A stretch of DNA of 64,000 nucleotides, taken from Candidatus Saccharimonadales bacterium (GTDB lineage Bacteria; Patescibacteriota; Saccharimonadia; Saccharimonadales; JANWIN01). The notes under the pieces were generated by a model, which was not told where the DNA came from, did no database searches, and worked only from the letters and a program-made list of their open reading frames with translations. Location: positions 196,305 to 260,304 of the forward strand of contig JBBRLY010000013.1 of assembly GCA_038231155.1 (NCBI GenBank). The letters are read 5' to 3'. The translations under genes and the position numbers were made by a program. Of this stretch, positions 63,443 to 64,000 are shown piece by piece (within the stretch, counting starts at the first letter, position 1; each line of letters starts with the position of its first letter).

Positions 63443-64000
63443 TCAGCAGTTAAAGCCGCAGAACGTTCCACCGGTCACCGTATTGTTTGAGAATGAGTTA
63501 CCAAGGTTTTGGCCTTCGTTTGGACCGTCGCTATCATCTTCAAAATATCCAGTCTTGTCTGAGTTGGAAATGGTGTTGTCGTGAACACTGGTACGAGCAT
63601 TTTCACCACACAATACATTCGTTGGACATTCTCTGCCGACATCACCAGTCGAGTCTCCATCTGCCAGAGCGATACCGGCGCAGTTGCCGCTTAGTGTATT
63701 GAAGCTAATGTCGATTGGTCCTTGCGATCCGGAAGTAGTGCCACCGCTATCGGCTACGAAGATACCTGCGCCAAACGGTGCTCCACATTGGATGTGGAAT
63801 CCGTTGCCTGTTACGGTGTTGTGTGTGATTGTCGCAGACCGAGAGATCTCCCACATAATACCGTTACCATCGTTGTTAGTAACAGTGTTATTGGTGATTA
63901 GACCACCAGTTGAGTTTATGTCGGCCCATAATCCCATGCACAAGTTATCGTGGACATTGGAGTTCTTTACTGTGATATTGTCAGCAACCCATTTAAAGCC
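63443..64000 (-). CDS. right-handed parallel beta-helix (NosD/pectate-lyase-fold) repeat protein, C-terminal part (gene continues past the window)
   Basis: Repeats of N.I.~N...GI / TVTGNG / NTISNS type. The frame stays open upstream of the track start through base 64000 (GFKWVADNITVKNSNVHDNLCMG...). Confidence 0.7.
   Translation of the reverse strand, partial: GFKWVADNITVKNSNVHDNLCMGLWADINSTGGLITNNTVTNNDGNGIMWEISRSATITHNTVTGNGFHIQCGAPFGAGIFVADSGGTTSGSQGPIDISFNTLSGNCAGIALADGDSTGDVGRECPTNVLCGENARTSVHDNTISNSDKTGYFEDDSDGPNEGQNLGNSFSNNTVTGGTFCGFNC

Noticed and set aside
63247-63453. A 68-aa plus-strand ORF in the gap after the polymerase gene.
   Set aside because: It spans the GC-rich bidirectional terminator hairpin (63370-63391), has an implausible hydrophobic/basic composition and lacks an RBS.

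Overview
AT-rich (about 40% GC by eye), very gene-dense bacterial chromosome segment. The gene content is an F1Fo ATP synthase operon, smpB, pyrH, xth, gltX, three tRNAs, TatAC, two sortases with an LPNTG substrate, many secreted low-complexity proteins and small housekeeping proteins. This resembles a reduced, Gram-positive-type genome such as a Saccharibacteria-like CPR lineage; that placement is inference only. Housekeeping blocks lie at 1-12.2 kb and 40-61 kb. Three accessory regions interrupt them. (a) 12.2-15.6 kb: a run of small unrelated genes next to smpB/tRNA-Asn, separated by short junction repeats that occur in a mosaic left/right pattern. (b) 19.3-23.8 kb: a sortase surface-protein locus flanked by Asn-rich repeat proteins. 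(c) 25.4-39.8 kb: two giant tail-fibre-like proteins with collagen-type G-X-T tracts. They share about 430 N-terminal residues and differ in their C-terminal parts. With them are small coiled-coil ORFs, an SGNH esterase carrying the same internal module, a glycosyltransferase and a 14-blade RCC1 protein. No other phage genes are in the window, and a roughly 3-kb GC-rich patch spans the fibre-2 C-terminus and the esterase. I rate (c) the most interesting candidate: a cellular fibre system for binding a receptor or host cell. Secondary candidates are a Y-family polymerase cassette with two paralogous small proteins behind a long structured leader (61.1-63.2 kb), an unrecognisable gene translationally coupled between atpG and atpD, and a soluble VirD4/HerA-like ATPase. 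All calls rest on reading the supplied translations and the DNA. No database search was possible.
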